Source: Pyrinomonas methylaliphatogenes
GTDB taxonomy: Bacteria > Acidobacteriota > Blastocatellia > Pyrinomonadales > Pyrinomonadaceae
DNA length: 24,000 bases
Reading direction: 5' to 3'
Assembly: GCF_000820845.2 (NCBI RefSeq)
Contig: NZ_CBXV010000008.1
Location: 456,705 to 480,704, forward strand
The position numbers and the translations under genes are program-made. Shown in pieces: positions 14,106 to 22,433 of this stretch. Within the stretch, counting starts at the first letter, position 1, and the number at the start of each line of letters is the position of its first letter. The notes below the pieces were generated by a model. The model ran no database searches. It was not told the origin of the DNA and saw only the letters and a program-made list of their open reading frames with translations.

Positions 14106-16022
14106 ATGAAAAGCCGCACGTTGATCTTCGCCGCCATCGCCCTCAGCTCGCTTGTCGTCACGTATTCTGCGCCCGCGCGTGAGACTTGGACGTCGGTCCG
14201 TTCCCGCAACTTCCTGCTCGTCGGCAACGCGAGCGAACGCGATATACGCCGCGTAGGGACACGCCTTGAACAGTTTCGCGATGTTTTCGCCCGTCTATTT
14301 ACTAAAGCCCGGTTGAACTCCCCGGTGCCGACGACGGTGATCATCTTCAAAAGCGCTTCTTCTTACAAACCTTTCAAGCCGCTCTATCAAGGACGCCCGA
14401 TAGAAGCCGCCGGCTACTTTCAAGCCGGCCCGGATGTCAACTACATTACACTCACAACCGAACAACAGGGCGAGAATCCCTTCGGCGTAATCTTTCACGA
14501 ACTGGTCCACCTATTTGTGCAAAACAATGTCCCACACGCGCCCTTGTGGTTCAACGAAGGTTTGGCTGAATACTACAGCAGCTTCGAAGTCTCCGATGGT
14601 GATCGCAAGGTGCTACTCGGCAAACCCATCGCCCGCCACGTTTTTCGCTTACGCGAGCAACTCATCCCGCTGCGCACGCTCTTTGCTGTCGATCGCAGCT
14701 CCCCGCTCTACAACGAGCGCGACAAAAGCAGCATCTTCTATGCAGAATCATGGGCCTTCGTACACTACTTGATCCTCGGAAACAACGGCCAAAGGCAGAA
14801 AGATCTGGCGCAGTTCGTCAATCTACTAGCGACAGGCACCCCGGTCGAACGTAGCTTTACGCAGGCTTTTCAGACCGATTTCCAAACGATGGAGAAGGAG
14901 CTGCGAGACTACATTCGCCATGACACGTATCCAGTCCAAGTCATATCGTTCGATGAGCGCTTGGAGTTCGATGCGACGATGCAAAGCGCCCCGCTGAGCG
15001 AAGCCGAAGCGCAAGCCTACTTGGGGGATCTGCTCCTTCATCTGAACAAGCTCGATGAAGCGGAGAAGTACTTGCAACAAGCGCTAGCGCTCGATGCCGA
15101 TCTCGCCATAGCCCATTCGTCCCTCGGCCTGCTTCTGGTAAGACAACACCGACTGGCGGACGCGCGCTCTCATCTGGAACGCGCAATCGCCGCGAATTCG
15201 CGAAATCATCTGACGCATTATTATTACGCCTTCGCTCTCAGTCGCGAGGGCATGGACGCGAACGGGCGTGTGAGCGCGTATTTGCCGGAGCTCGCCGATC
15301 GCATGCGCGCCGAACTACGCAAAGCGATAGAACTCGCTCCGGAGTTCCCGGAATCATACCATTTGCTGGCGTTCATCGATCTTGTAACAGATGAGCGCTT
15401 GGACGAAGCGGTGTCGATGCTCAAGCGCGCAATGCAACTAGCGCCGGGGCGTGAGGACTTTGCGCTCGCGCTGGCCCAAGTTTACATGCGCCGTGAAGAT
15501 TTCACCGCCGCGCGACAAATGTTGGAACCAATCGCGCAGACGAGCGCGGAGCCGCAGATGCGGCAAGCCGCGGAGTCTTTGCTCCGAACGGTCAGGCTCA
15601 TCGAAGAGCAGAGGGCGCTCCATCCTTCCAACGAAAGGGGCGAACGTCAAGTCGTCCCCAATGCGCCAACTCCGAACGACGAGGCACGCCCTACCCCACC
15701 ACGTTTGCCGAAGCGTTTCGAAGGCACGCGCGTGCGCGGCGAGATTATCAAGATCGAGTGTGGACCGAAAGGCGTGTTGCTCTTTGTGAAAACGGGCGAA
15801 CGGATCTTGAGATTGCACAACGCCGATCTACAACGTATCGAGTTCGTTTCATACATTCCAAACATCAGCGGCGAAATCACCTGCGGGCCGCGCAATTTGG
15901 CCAGCCCTGTCGCCGTCACCTACCATCCCACCTACCATCCAACGAAGGATAATCGTGCGTCGTTTGATGGGGAAGTCGTCGCTGTCGAGTTCGTGCCGCC
16001 AGAGTGGGAGATCGAGCCATGA
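14106..16022 (+). CDS. secreted MA-clan zinc metalloprotease-like protein (Peptidase_MA_2 / DUF1570-like) with TPR repeats and a C-terminal beta-rich domain
   Basis: Signal peptide MKSRTLIFAAIALSSLVVTYSA. HExxH plus a downstream Glu (FHELVHLF...WFNEGLAEYY). TPR-like repeats (AYLGDLLLHLNKLDEAEKYLQQALALDADLAIAHSSLGLLL...). GGAGGA lies 5 nt upstream of the ATG. Confidence 0.7.
   Translation: MKSRTLIFAAIALSSLVVTYSAPARETWTSVRSRNFLLVGNASERDIRRVGTRLEQFRDVFARLFTKARLNSPVPTTVIIFKSASSYKPFKPLYQGRPIEAAGYFQAGPDVNYITLTTEQQGENPFGVIFHELVHLFVQNNVPHAPLWFNEGLAEYYSSFEVSDGDRKVLLGKPIARHVFRLREQLIPLRTLFAVDRSSPLYNERDKSSIFYAESWAFVHYLILGNNGQRQKDLAQFVNLLATGTPVERSFTQAFQTDFQTMEKELRDYIRHDTYPVQVISFDERLEFDATMQSAPLSEAEAQAYLGDLLLHLNKLDEAEKYLQQALALDADLAIAHSSLGLLLVRQHRLADARSHLERAIAANSRNHLTHYYYAFALSREGMDANGRVSAYLPELADRMRAELRKAIELAPEFPESYHLLAFIDLVTDERLDEAVSMLKRAMQLAPGREDFALALAQVYMRREDFTAARQMLEPIAQTSAEPQMRQAAESLLRTVRLIEEQRALHPSNERGERQVVPNAPTPNDEARPTPPRLPKRFEGTRVRGEIIKIECGPKGVLLFVKTGERILRLHNADLQRIEFVSYIPNISGEITCGPRNLASPVAVTYHPTYHPTKDNRASFDGEVVAVEFVPPEWEIEP
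15917..15940 (+). repeat. perfect 12-nt tandem duplication inside the metalloprotease CDS
   Basis: CACCTACCATCC occurs twice back-to-back (15917..15928 and 15929..15940). It is in frame and encodes the TYHPTYHP duplication. Confidence 0.9.
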
Positions 16023-16125
16023 GATCCCTTGTTCTTTCTGAGGCCTCTTTCCGAAGATCTGCCGATCGACCGCAGAGAGGGGTTCAAGTGGGCCTCGCGA
16101 TCCCGTGCCATTTGATGGCTTTTGG

Positions 16126-16134
16126 TGCTATAAA
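16126..16134 (+). promoter_or_regulatory. candidate extended -10 promoter for dxr
   Basis: TGCTATAAA (TGn + TATAAA) lies about 37 nt upstream of the dxr ATG. No convincing -35 is present. Confidence 0.3.
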
Positions 16135-16170
16135 GTTGTGTGTTCTGAACGCCATTGAATCACGGTGCCG

Positions 16171-17373
16171 ATGAAGATCAAGGGGATTGCCATTCTGGGT
16201 TCGACCGGCTCGATCGGCTGTAACACGCTGCGTGTCATCGACTCGCTCGGCGACCCGTTCCGCGTCGTCGCGCTCGCGGCCAAGCAGAACGCCGCGAAGC
16301 TGGCCGAGCAAGTGGCTCGGTATCGTCCGACACTTGTTTCGGTCGCGTCGGAATCCTGTGCTGATGATCTGCGCGCGCGTTTGCGTGAACTTGGAGCGCC
16401 CGCCATTCCGCGCATCGTCGTTGGCGAAGAGGGCTTGATCGAAGTCGCAACCTGCGAGCGAGCCTCGTGCGTCGTCAGCGCCACGGTCGGTGCGGTCGGC
16501 CTCGTGCCGACGCTTCGTGCGCTGGAAGCTGGCAAGCGCGTCGCCTTAGCCAACAAGGAGGCGCTCGTCATGGCGGGCGAATTGATGACGCGCGCCGCCC
16601 AAAAGAACGGCGCCGAGCTTCTGCCCATAGATTCGGAGCATAACGCGCTTCATCAATGTCTGCGCGGAGAGACTCGCGCCGAAGTGCGGCGTCTGATCCT
16701 GACCGCTTCCGGCGGCCCTTTTCGCAACTGCAATCGCGCCGCGATGGAACGCGCCACTGTTGAAGAGGCGATGCGCCATCCGACGTGGAACATGGGCGCG
16801 AAAGTGACTATCGACTCAGCGACGCTGATGAACAAAGGGCTCGAGGTCATCGAAGCCCATTGGCTCTTCGGATTCGAGGCCGATCAGATCAGCATCCTCA
16901 TCCATCCGGAGTCGGTCGTCCATTCGATGATCGAACTCATCGATGGCTCGATCATCGCGCAAATGGGCATCACCGATATGCGTCATGCCATTCAGTACGC
17001 GCTCACCTACCCGCAACGTCTGCCCTCTCCGCTGCCGCGGCTCGATCTAGCGCGCATCGGCGCGCTTCATTTCGAACCGCCTGATACGGGGCGCTTCCGT
17101 TGCCTCGAACTGGCTTACCGTGCGCTGCGCAAAGGCGGCACGCTGCCTGCCGTGATGAACGCAGCCAATGAAGAGGCCGTCAATGCCTTTCTCGCCGGGC
17201 GCATAAGGCTGACGGATATCGCGCGCGTGGTCGAAAGCGTGATGGACAAACACGTTCAAGGTCCGGCTTCCGCGCTCGAAAAGATCCTCAAAGCCGACGC
17301 TTGGGCGCGTCATGCCGCCGCCAGCGAGATCGCGGCGCTCGTCGCGGAGCGCGGTTCGGTCGCGCCCGTTTGA
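16171..17373 (+). CDS. dxr: 1-deoxy-D-xylulose 5-phosphate reductoisomerase
   Basis: MKIKGIAILGSTGSIG is the NADPH-binding motif, with DSEHNALHQC and NKGLEVIEAHWLF also present. The alternative GTG start at 16165 adds 2 aa. Confidence 0.93.
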   Translation: MKIKGIAILGSTGSIGCNTLRVIDSLGDPFRVVALAAKQNAAKLAEQVARYRPTLVSVASESCADDLRARLRELGAPAIPRIVVGEEGLIEVATCERASCVVSATVGAVGLVPTLRALEAGKRVALANKEALVMAGELMTRAAQKNGAELLPIDSEHNALHQCLRGETRAEVRRLILTASGGPFRNCNRAAMERATVEEAMRHPTWNMGAKVTIDSATLMNKGLEVIEAHWLFGFEADQISILIHPESVVHSMIELIDGSIIAQMGITDMRHAIQYALTYPQRLPSPLPRLDLARIGALHFEPPDTGRFRCLELAYRALRKGGTLPAVMNAANEEAVNAFLAGRIRLTDIARVVESVMDKHVQGPASALEKILKADAWARHAAASEIAALVAERGSVAPV

Positions 17374-17459
17374 CGCATCGCGCGCGCGGCGCGTAAACTT
17401 CCTCGTGAGGAGATCGTTCGACCGGGCGTTCCCGATCGAATAGTCAGAGGGAACTAAAG

Positions 17460-18854
17460 ATGAGTTTTCTGATCGGGGCTTTGGCCTTCATCTTCATTCT
17501 CGGCGCAGCCGTCATCATTCACGAGTTCGGCCACTTCATCGTCGCGAAGCTACTCGGGATCCGCGCCGAAATCTTTTCGGTCGGCTTCGGCCCGCGCCTG
17601 TTCGGTTGGCGCTGGGGCACGACCGATTACCGCGTAAGCGCCATCCCGCTCGGCGGCTACGTTAAGCTCGGCGGCGATGAATCGAACGCTGCGCTCGAAG
17701 GTCAAGGCACGGAAGCCGTCCCGCTAGAAGAGCGATTCGATCTCCGTCCGCGCTGGCAACGCTTCCTCGTCATCATCGCTGGACCAGCGATGAACGTTCT
17801 GACGGCCCTAGCGATCCCCTTCCTCGCCGCGCTCGTCATCGGCGTTCCGGTTTCGCCTTCGCCCAAAGTGGCGCGCGTGCTTCCCGGCAGCGCGGCAGAG
17901 GCAGCAGGCATTCAACCCGGCGATCGCATCGTCATGTTCAACGGGAAAGAGCATCCGACCTGGGATCGCATCGAAGGCGATGCGTTGCTCTCGCCCGGTC
18001 AACCGCTTCCGCTCGTCGTCGAACGAAACGGCCAACGCATACGGCTGACGATCACGCCGACCAAACAATTGCGCGGCGGCGAAGCGGTAGGTGAACTCGG
18101 GATTCGCCCCGATTATGGTGAGATCCCCGTCATCGTCGGCATGGTCGAGAAAGGCTCACCAGCCGAAGAAGCCGGTCTGCGTCCAGGCGATAGGCTCCTG
18201 GAGCTTAACGGCGAGCCTGTGCGCAATGATCAACAGGTCGTCGATTACATCCAAGAACATAAATCCGAGCCCATAAGGATCGTCGTCGAGCGCGGTGACG
18301 AGAGATTGGAGTTGACGGCCCGCGTGCGTCGTTTGCCGGATGGCACAGAGAGGCTCGGTTTCTCGTTTAGCAGCAGACTACCCACGGAACGGGTTGGACC
18401 AGTCGCCGCCGCCGCACATGCCGTGCGCACCAATCTCGAGATACTCCGGTTGACCGGTAAAGCGCTCGGCCAAGTCATCACAGGCGCGCGCTCAGCCCGC
18501 GATACGCTCGCCGGTCCGATCGGGATCGCGCGCGCCTCTTCGATCGCCGCCAACACGGGCGGTTTGGCGGGCGTCTTCAGTCTGCTCGCTTTCTTGAGCC
18601 TCAACCTCGGCATCTTCAATCTGTTGCCGATCCCGATGCTCGACGGCGGCGCGATCATGCTGCTCGCCGTCGAAGCGGTCTTAGCCAAAGCTGGCATTCA
18701 ACTATCGCTCGCGCTTCGCGAGCGCATCCAACAGATCGGCTTCGTCGCCCTTCTGCTGCTGATGGGTTTTGTCATCACGAACGATCTGATGAAAGAGGTT
18801 TCGCGCTGGCGCAGCAGCGACGACGCGCGTCCAGCCGCGACTTCGAACAAATAG
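17460..18854 (+). CDS. rseP: RIP (site-2) zinc metalloprotease RseP with two PDZ domains
   Basis: The first TM helix carries HEFGHFIVAKLLG (HExxH). There are two PDZ-like segments (GSAAEAAGIQPGDRIV and GSPAEEAGLRPGDRLL), and NLLPIPMLDGG in a C-terminal TM helix. Its position between dxr and ispG is the conserved one. Confidence 0.92.
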   Translation: MSFLIGALAFIFILGAAVIIHEFGHFIVAKLLGIRAEIFSVGFGPRLFGWRWGTTDYRVSAIPLGGYVKLGGDESNAALEGQGTEAVPLEERFDLRPRWQRFLVIIAGPAMNVLTALAIPFLAALVIGVPVSPSPKVARVLPGSAAEAAGIQPGDRIVMFNGKEHPTWDRIEGDALLSPGQPLPLVVERNGQRIRLTITPTKQLRGGEAVGELGIRPDYGEIPVIVGMVEKGSPAEEAGLRPGDRLLELNGEPVRNDQQVVDYIQEHKSEPIRIVVERGDERLELTARVRRLPDGTERLGFSFSSRLPTERVGPVAAAAHAVRTNLEILRLTGKALGQVITGARSARDTLAGPIGIARASSIAANTGGLAGVFSLLAFLSLNLGIFNLLPIPMLDGGAIMLLAVEAVLAKAGIQLSLALRERIQQIGFVALLLLMGFVITNDLMKEVSRWRSSDDARPAATSNK

Positions 18855-18877
18855 TTCGGGCAGAAGATTCGGAATCC

Positions 18878-19999
18878 ATGATGCGTAGGAAAACGAGAGC
18901 GGTCAAAGTCAAGAACGTGCAGATCGGCGGCGGCGCGCCGATCGCCGTCCAATCAATGACGAAAACAGATACGGTCGATGTCGATGCCACCGTGCGTCAG
19001 ATCGAGGAGATGGTGCGCGCCGGCTGCGAAATCGTGCGCGTCGCCGTCCCGGACAAAGAGGCGGCGCTTGCGCTCAAGGAGATCAGGCGGCGTGTCCCCG
19101 ATGTGCCGCTCGTGGCCGACATACACTTTCACTACAAGCTGGCGTTGATGGCTCTCGAAGCGGGCGTGGATAAACTCCGTTTGAACCCGGGCAACATCGG
19201 CTCGGTCGAGCGCGTGCGCGAAGTGGTGCGCGCCGCCCAAGCGCAAGGCGTGCCGATCAGAATCGGCGTCAACGGCGGCTCGCTCGAAAAAGATCTGCTG
19301 GCCAAGTATGGCGCGGCGACGCCCGAAGCGATGGTCGAATCGGCCATGCGCCACATACGCATCCTCGAAGATCTGGGCTTCCACGACATCGTCGTGAGCC
19401 TCAAGGCTTCGGACGTGCGCCGCACGGTCGCCGCTTACCGTCTGCTCGCCGAAAAGGTTGACTATCCACTGCACCTTGGCGTCACGGAAGCGGGAACCCC
19501 CTTCGCTGGGACGATCAAATCGGCGATCGGCTTGGGCATCTTGTTGCACGAGGGGATCGGCGATACGATCCGCGTCTCGCTCGCCGCCGAACCGCAAGAA
19601 GAGGTGCGCGTCGCGTGGGAGATCCTGCGCGCGCTCGAACTGCGGCAGCGCGGCGTGACGGTCGTCGCTTGTCCAACCTGCGGGCGCATCGATGTCGATA
19701 ACTTCGTTGGCATCGTCACCGAGATCGAAAGGCGCTTACAACACATAGACGAACCGCTCCACCTTTCGATCATGGGCTGCGCCGTGAACGGTCCGGGCGA
19801 AGCGCACGAATCCGATCTAGGTGTAACGTTCGGGCGCGGCGTCGGCATGATCTTCAAAGACGGCGACCCATTGCGGAAAGTCTCGAGCGAGGAGATCATC
19901 GAGGCTTTCGTGCGCGAGGTCGAGCAGATGGTCGCCGAAAGGCGCGCGAAGAATGACGCGGGGCCGGAAGAGAAGGTCAGCCTGCCGACGAAAATTTGA
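18878..19999 (+). CDS. ispG: 4-hydroxy-3-methylbut-2-en-1-yl diphosphate synthase (flavodoxin)
   Basis: VQIGGGAPIAVQSMTKTDT, cluster cysteines in VVACPTCGR, and MGCAVNGPGEA. Length 373 aa. Confidence 0.93.
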   Translation: MMRRKTRAVKVKNVQIGGGAPIAVQSMTKTDTVDVDATVRQIEEMVRAGCEIVRVAVPDKEAALALKEIRRRVPDVPLVADIHFHYKLALMALEAGVDKLRLNPGNIGSVERVREVVRAAQAQGVPIRIGVNGGSLEKDLLAKYGAATPEAMVESAMRHIRILEDLGFHDIVVSLKASDVRRTVAAYRLLAEKVDYPLHLGVTEAGTPFAGTIKSAIGLGILLHEGIGDTIRVSLAAEPQEEVRVAWEILRALELRQRGVTVVACPTCGRIDVDNFVGIVTEIERRLQHIDEPLHLSIMGCAVNGPGEAHESDLGVTFGRGVGMIFKDGDPLRKVSSEEIIEAFVREVEQMVAERRAKNDAGPEEKVSLPTKI

Positions 20000-20146
20000 A
20001 GCGGGCCGCTCCCGAAAGCGACAACGATCGAGAGACGGGCTGCGCGCGAAGATCTAGCAAACGCGCAAAAATTAGGAGAAAGATCCTCGCTCAGCCGCAA
20101 ACCCGAGGCTCAAATCGCAGCTTCAGTCTTGCCGGAGGTCATCGCC

Positions 20147-20440
20147 ATGCCTTCATCTCTGATGCAAAGTTATCGGGAGAAACACCGCCACCCGGTCAAC
20201 AAACTGCTCCACACCATCGGCATCCCGATGATCGCCATCTCGCTTCCGCTCTTCTTCTTCAATTGGCGCGTCGCGCTCGCGCTCTTCACTGGCGGTTGGA
20301 TCCTGCAATTCGTCGGGCACTTCATCGAGGGGAATCAACCGGCGTTCCTGCGTAACCCGATCTATCTTCTCATCGGCCTGCTCTGGTTCTTGCGTCGCAT
20401 CGGCGAAGCGCTACACCTAGTGCGCCCGGCTGAGCGATGA
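20147..20440 (+). CDS. DUF962 / Mpo1-like small membrane protein
   Basis: YREKHRHPVNKLLHTIGIPMI (H..p.N..lH..GiP signature) plus two or three hydrophobic helices. I chose ATG 20147 because GGAGG lies 8 nt upstream; the ORF-track TTG at 20129 contains that Shine-Dalgarno. Its stop overlaps the next start (ATGA). Confidence 0.65.
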   Translation: MPSSLMQSYREKHRHPVNKLLHTIGIPMIAISLPLFFFNWRVALALFTGGWILQFVGHFIEGNQPAFLRNPIYLLIGLLWFLRRIGEALHLVRPAER

Positions 20441-21297
20441 GTATGGAGCGTGAAGGCGGATCACTAACGATCATTGACGCGATCGAACGCGCGCTCGAAA
20501 GGGGCGCGCTCGCGGCGCTCATCACCATAGTCCAAGCGGAAAGGGCCGTCGGGCGAAAACTCCTGGTCCAGGAAGAGGGCGCGACGGCAGGCGATCTCGG
20601 CGATGAAATGCTGAACCGAGCGGCAATAGCGCAAGCTGAGATCTTTCTTCGATCGCGCGTCGAGGCGCAGACTTTCAAAGTCGAAGAGTTCGCTCCCGAG
20701 ATCATCGCATGGCGCGGCGCACGCTTGCTCTTTGAGCGCATCGCGCCGGAGCCGCACGTCGTCGTTTGCGGAGCGGGGCATGTCGGCGCCGCTTTAGCTC
20801 GACTCGCGCGCTCGATCGGTTACCGTGTCACAGTTATCGATGACCGTGCCGATTTCGTTTCGCGCGAGAAGTTCCCCGATCCAGATATCGCGCTCGTAGC
20901 GGCTGAAGATTGGGAGCAGGCGATCAGCGAGACGATCGGGACCGGGCGCGGCGTCTTCGCCGCCATCGTCACGCGCGGGCACAAAGAGGACGAAAAATGC
21001 CTGCGCGCCGTGCTCAAGGCGCGCCCGGACTACGTCGGCATGATCGGAAGCCGTCGGCGGACCAATATCGTGCTGCGTCGCTTGCACGCGGAAGGTTTCG
21101 ATGAAGCGGTGTTGCGCGAAGTGCGCGCGCCGATCGGGCTCGATATCGGAGCGGTCACGCCAGAAGAGGTCGCCCTTTCGATCCTCGCCGAGATGATCGC
21201 CGAACGGCGCGGCGGAACGGGCGCGCCCCTTTCAAGCTGGCGACGCGCAGCAAATAAGGGATGGATCGCCCGAAGCCGACGCCCCCAGATGAAATGA
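20437..21297 (+). CDS. XdhC/CoxI-family accessory protein (Rossmann-like C-terminal domain)
   Basis: N-terminal XdhC_CoxI-like segment (ERGALAALITIVQAERAVGRKLLV) and a central HVVVCGAGHVGAALARLARSIGYRVTVIDDR followed by IVTRGHKEDEKCL. No molybdenum hydroxylase subunit genes lie nearby. Confidence 0.75.
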   Translation: MSMEREGGSLTIIDAIERALERGALAALITIVQAERAVGRKLLVQEEGATAGDLGDEMLNRAAIAQAEIFLRSRVEAQTFKVEEFAPEIIAWRGARLLFERIAPEPHVVVCGAGHVGAALARLARSIGYRVTVIDDRADFVSREKFPDPDIALVAAEDWEQAISETIGTGRGVFAAIVTRGHKEDEKCLRAVLKARPDYVGMIGSRRRTNIVLRRLHAEGFDEAVLREVRAPIGLDIGAVTPEEVALSILAEMIAERRGGTGAPLSSWRRAANKGWIARSRRPQMK

Positions 21298-21443
21298 AGG
21301 CGGCGATTTTCCGCGACCGGCCCGTTTGCGTCGAACGGAGCGTTTCGATCACCGCTTTCACGGCCTTGTGTCGCCTCGCGCCTTTCGTGTACAACAAACT
21401 CACGAACCGCCGCACCTTTTAACGAGAAGAAGGCTTCAAGCAG

Positions 21444-22433
21444 ATGAGAAGCAAAGGTTCATTCGTCCGGCACGCCATCATCGTCCTGATCCTCGCGCAC
21501 TCTCATGCCGTGCGCGCCCAAGGCTGGGTGCCGCTCAAAAAATTCATCGAAGGCAAGGATTTGACCGTCGTCTTCTTCGTCGACCCCGACCACGGTTGGA
21601 TCGGCGGCGACGGCGGCACCGTTTTTCACACGGAAGACGGAGGGCAGACATGGTCACAGCAGACGATCGATACGACGGATAACGTCAATGACATCTACTT
21701 TCGCAACAAAGAGCACGGCTTTCTCCTCGCGGGCAATAGGATCTTCCGTACAAACGATGGCGGGCGCATCTGGATCGAAGCGAACCGATTTGCGGCGCGC
21801 GATTTCGGCGGCACGCCGGAACTTTACAGCATCCGCTTCGCCGATAAGAAGACCGGTTGGATCGTCGGGACGATCAGCCGACGCGATGAGATCATCGACA
21901 GCCTCGTGCTCTTCACCGACGACGGCGGCGCTTCTTGGCGCAGGCAGCTCATCCCCATACGAACCGAACTGATCCACCTCGATTTCCCCCAAAAACTCTC
22001 CGGCTGGATCGTCGGCGCAAACGGGACGGTGCTTCATACAAACGACGGCGGGCGCACTTGGACGCAGCAAAACACGGGAACGCAGGCGACGCTTTATCAC
22101 GTGGACTTTTACGATGAGAAGACCGGTTGGATCGTCGGCGAACAGGGGACGATCCTACGTACAATTGATGGCGGCGCGACTTGGCTCGCAGTTCAAGGAT
22201 CGGTGCGCGCGACGCTGCTCTGCGTGAAATTCACCGATCGAGAGAACGGATGGATCGTCGGGCGCGGAGGCGTCATCCTTCGCTCCGGTGACGGCGGACG
22301 AACTTGGATCGCCCAAGAGAGCAAGACGAGTAAAAACCTCTACGCCCTGTTCGCTGACAAGAAGCGCAATTGGGCAGTGGGCGATGATGGGTTGGTTCTC
22401 CTTTATCGGAAGGATCGAAAGGCGAGCGACTGA
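21444..22433 (+). CDS. secreted 7-bladed beta-propeller, Ycf48/Hcf136-like (BNR/Asp-box-like repeats)
   Basis: Signal peptide (IIVLILAHSHAVRAQG). Seven iterations of G-W-I-V-G-x2-G-T-(I/V)-L-x-T-x-D-G-G-x-T-W, for example GWIVGANGTVLHTNDGGRTWTQQ and GWIVGEQGTILRTIDGGATWLAV. Confidence 0.75.
   Translation: MRSKGSFVRHAIIVLILAHSHAVRAQGWVPLKKFIEGKDLTVVFFVDPDHGWIGGDGGTVFHTEDGGQTWSQQTIDTTDNVNDIYFRNKEHGFLLAGNRIFRTNDGGRIWIEANRFAARDFGGTPELYSIRFADKKTGWIVGTISRRDEIIDSLVLFTDDGGASWRRQLIPIRTELIHLDFPQKLSGWIVGANGTVLHTNDGGRTWTQQNTGTQATLYHVDFYDEKTGWIVGEQGTILRTIDGGATWLAVQGSVRATLLCVKFTDRENGWIVGRGGVILRSGDGGRTWIAQESKTSKNLYALFADKKRNWAVGDDGLVLLYRKDRKASD

Noticed and set aside
13865-14350. 161-aa minus-strand ORF overlapping the metalloprotease 5' end
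   Set aside because: It overlaps the well-supported signal peptide and N-terminus of the plus-strand gene, which has a good Shine-Dalgarno. Its basic, low-complexity sequence has no motifs.
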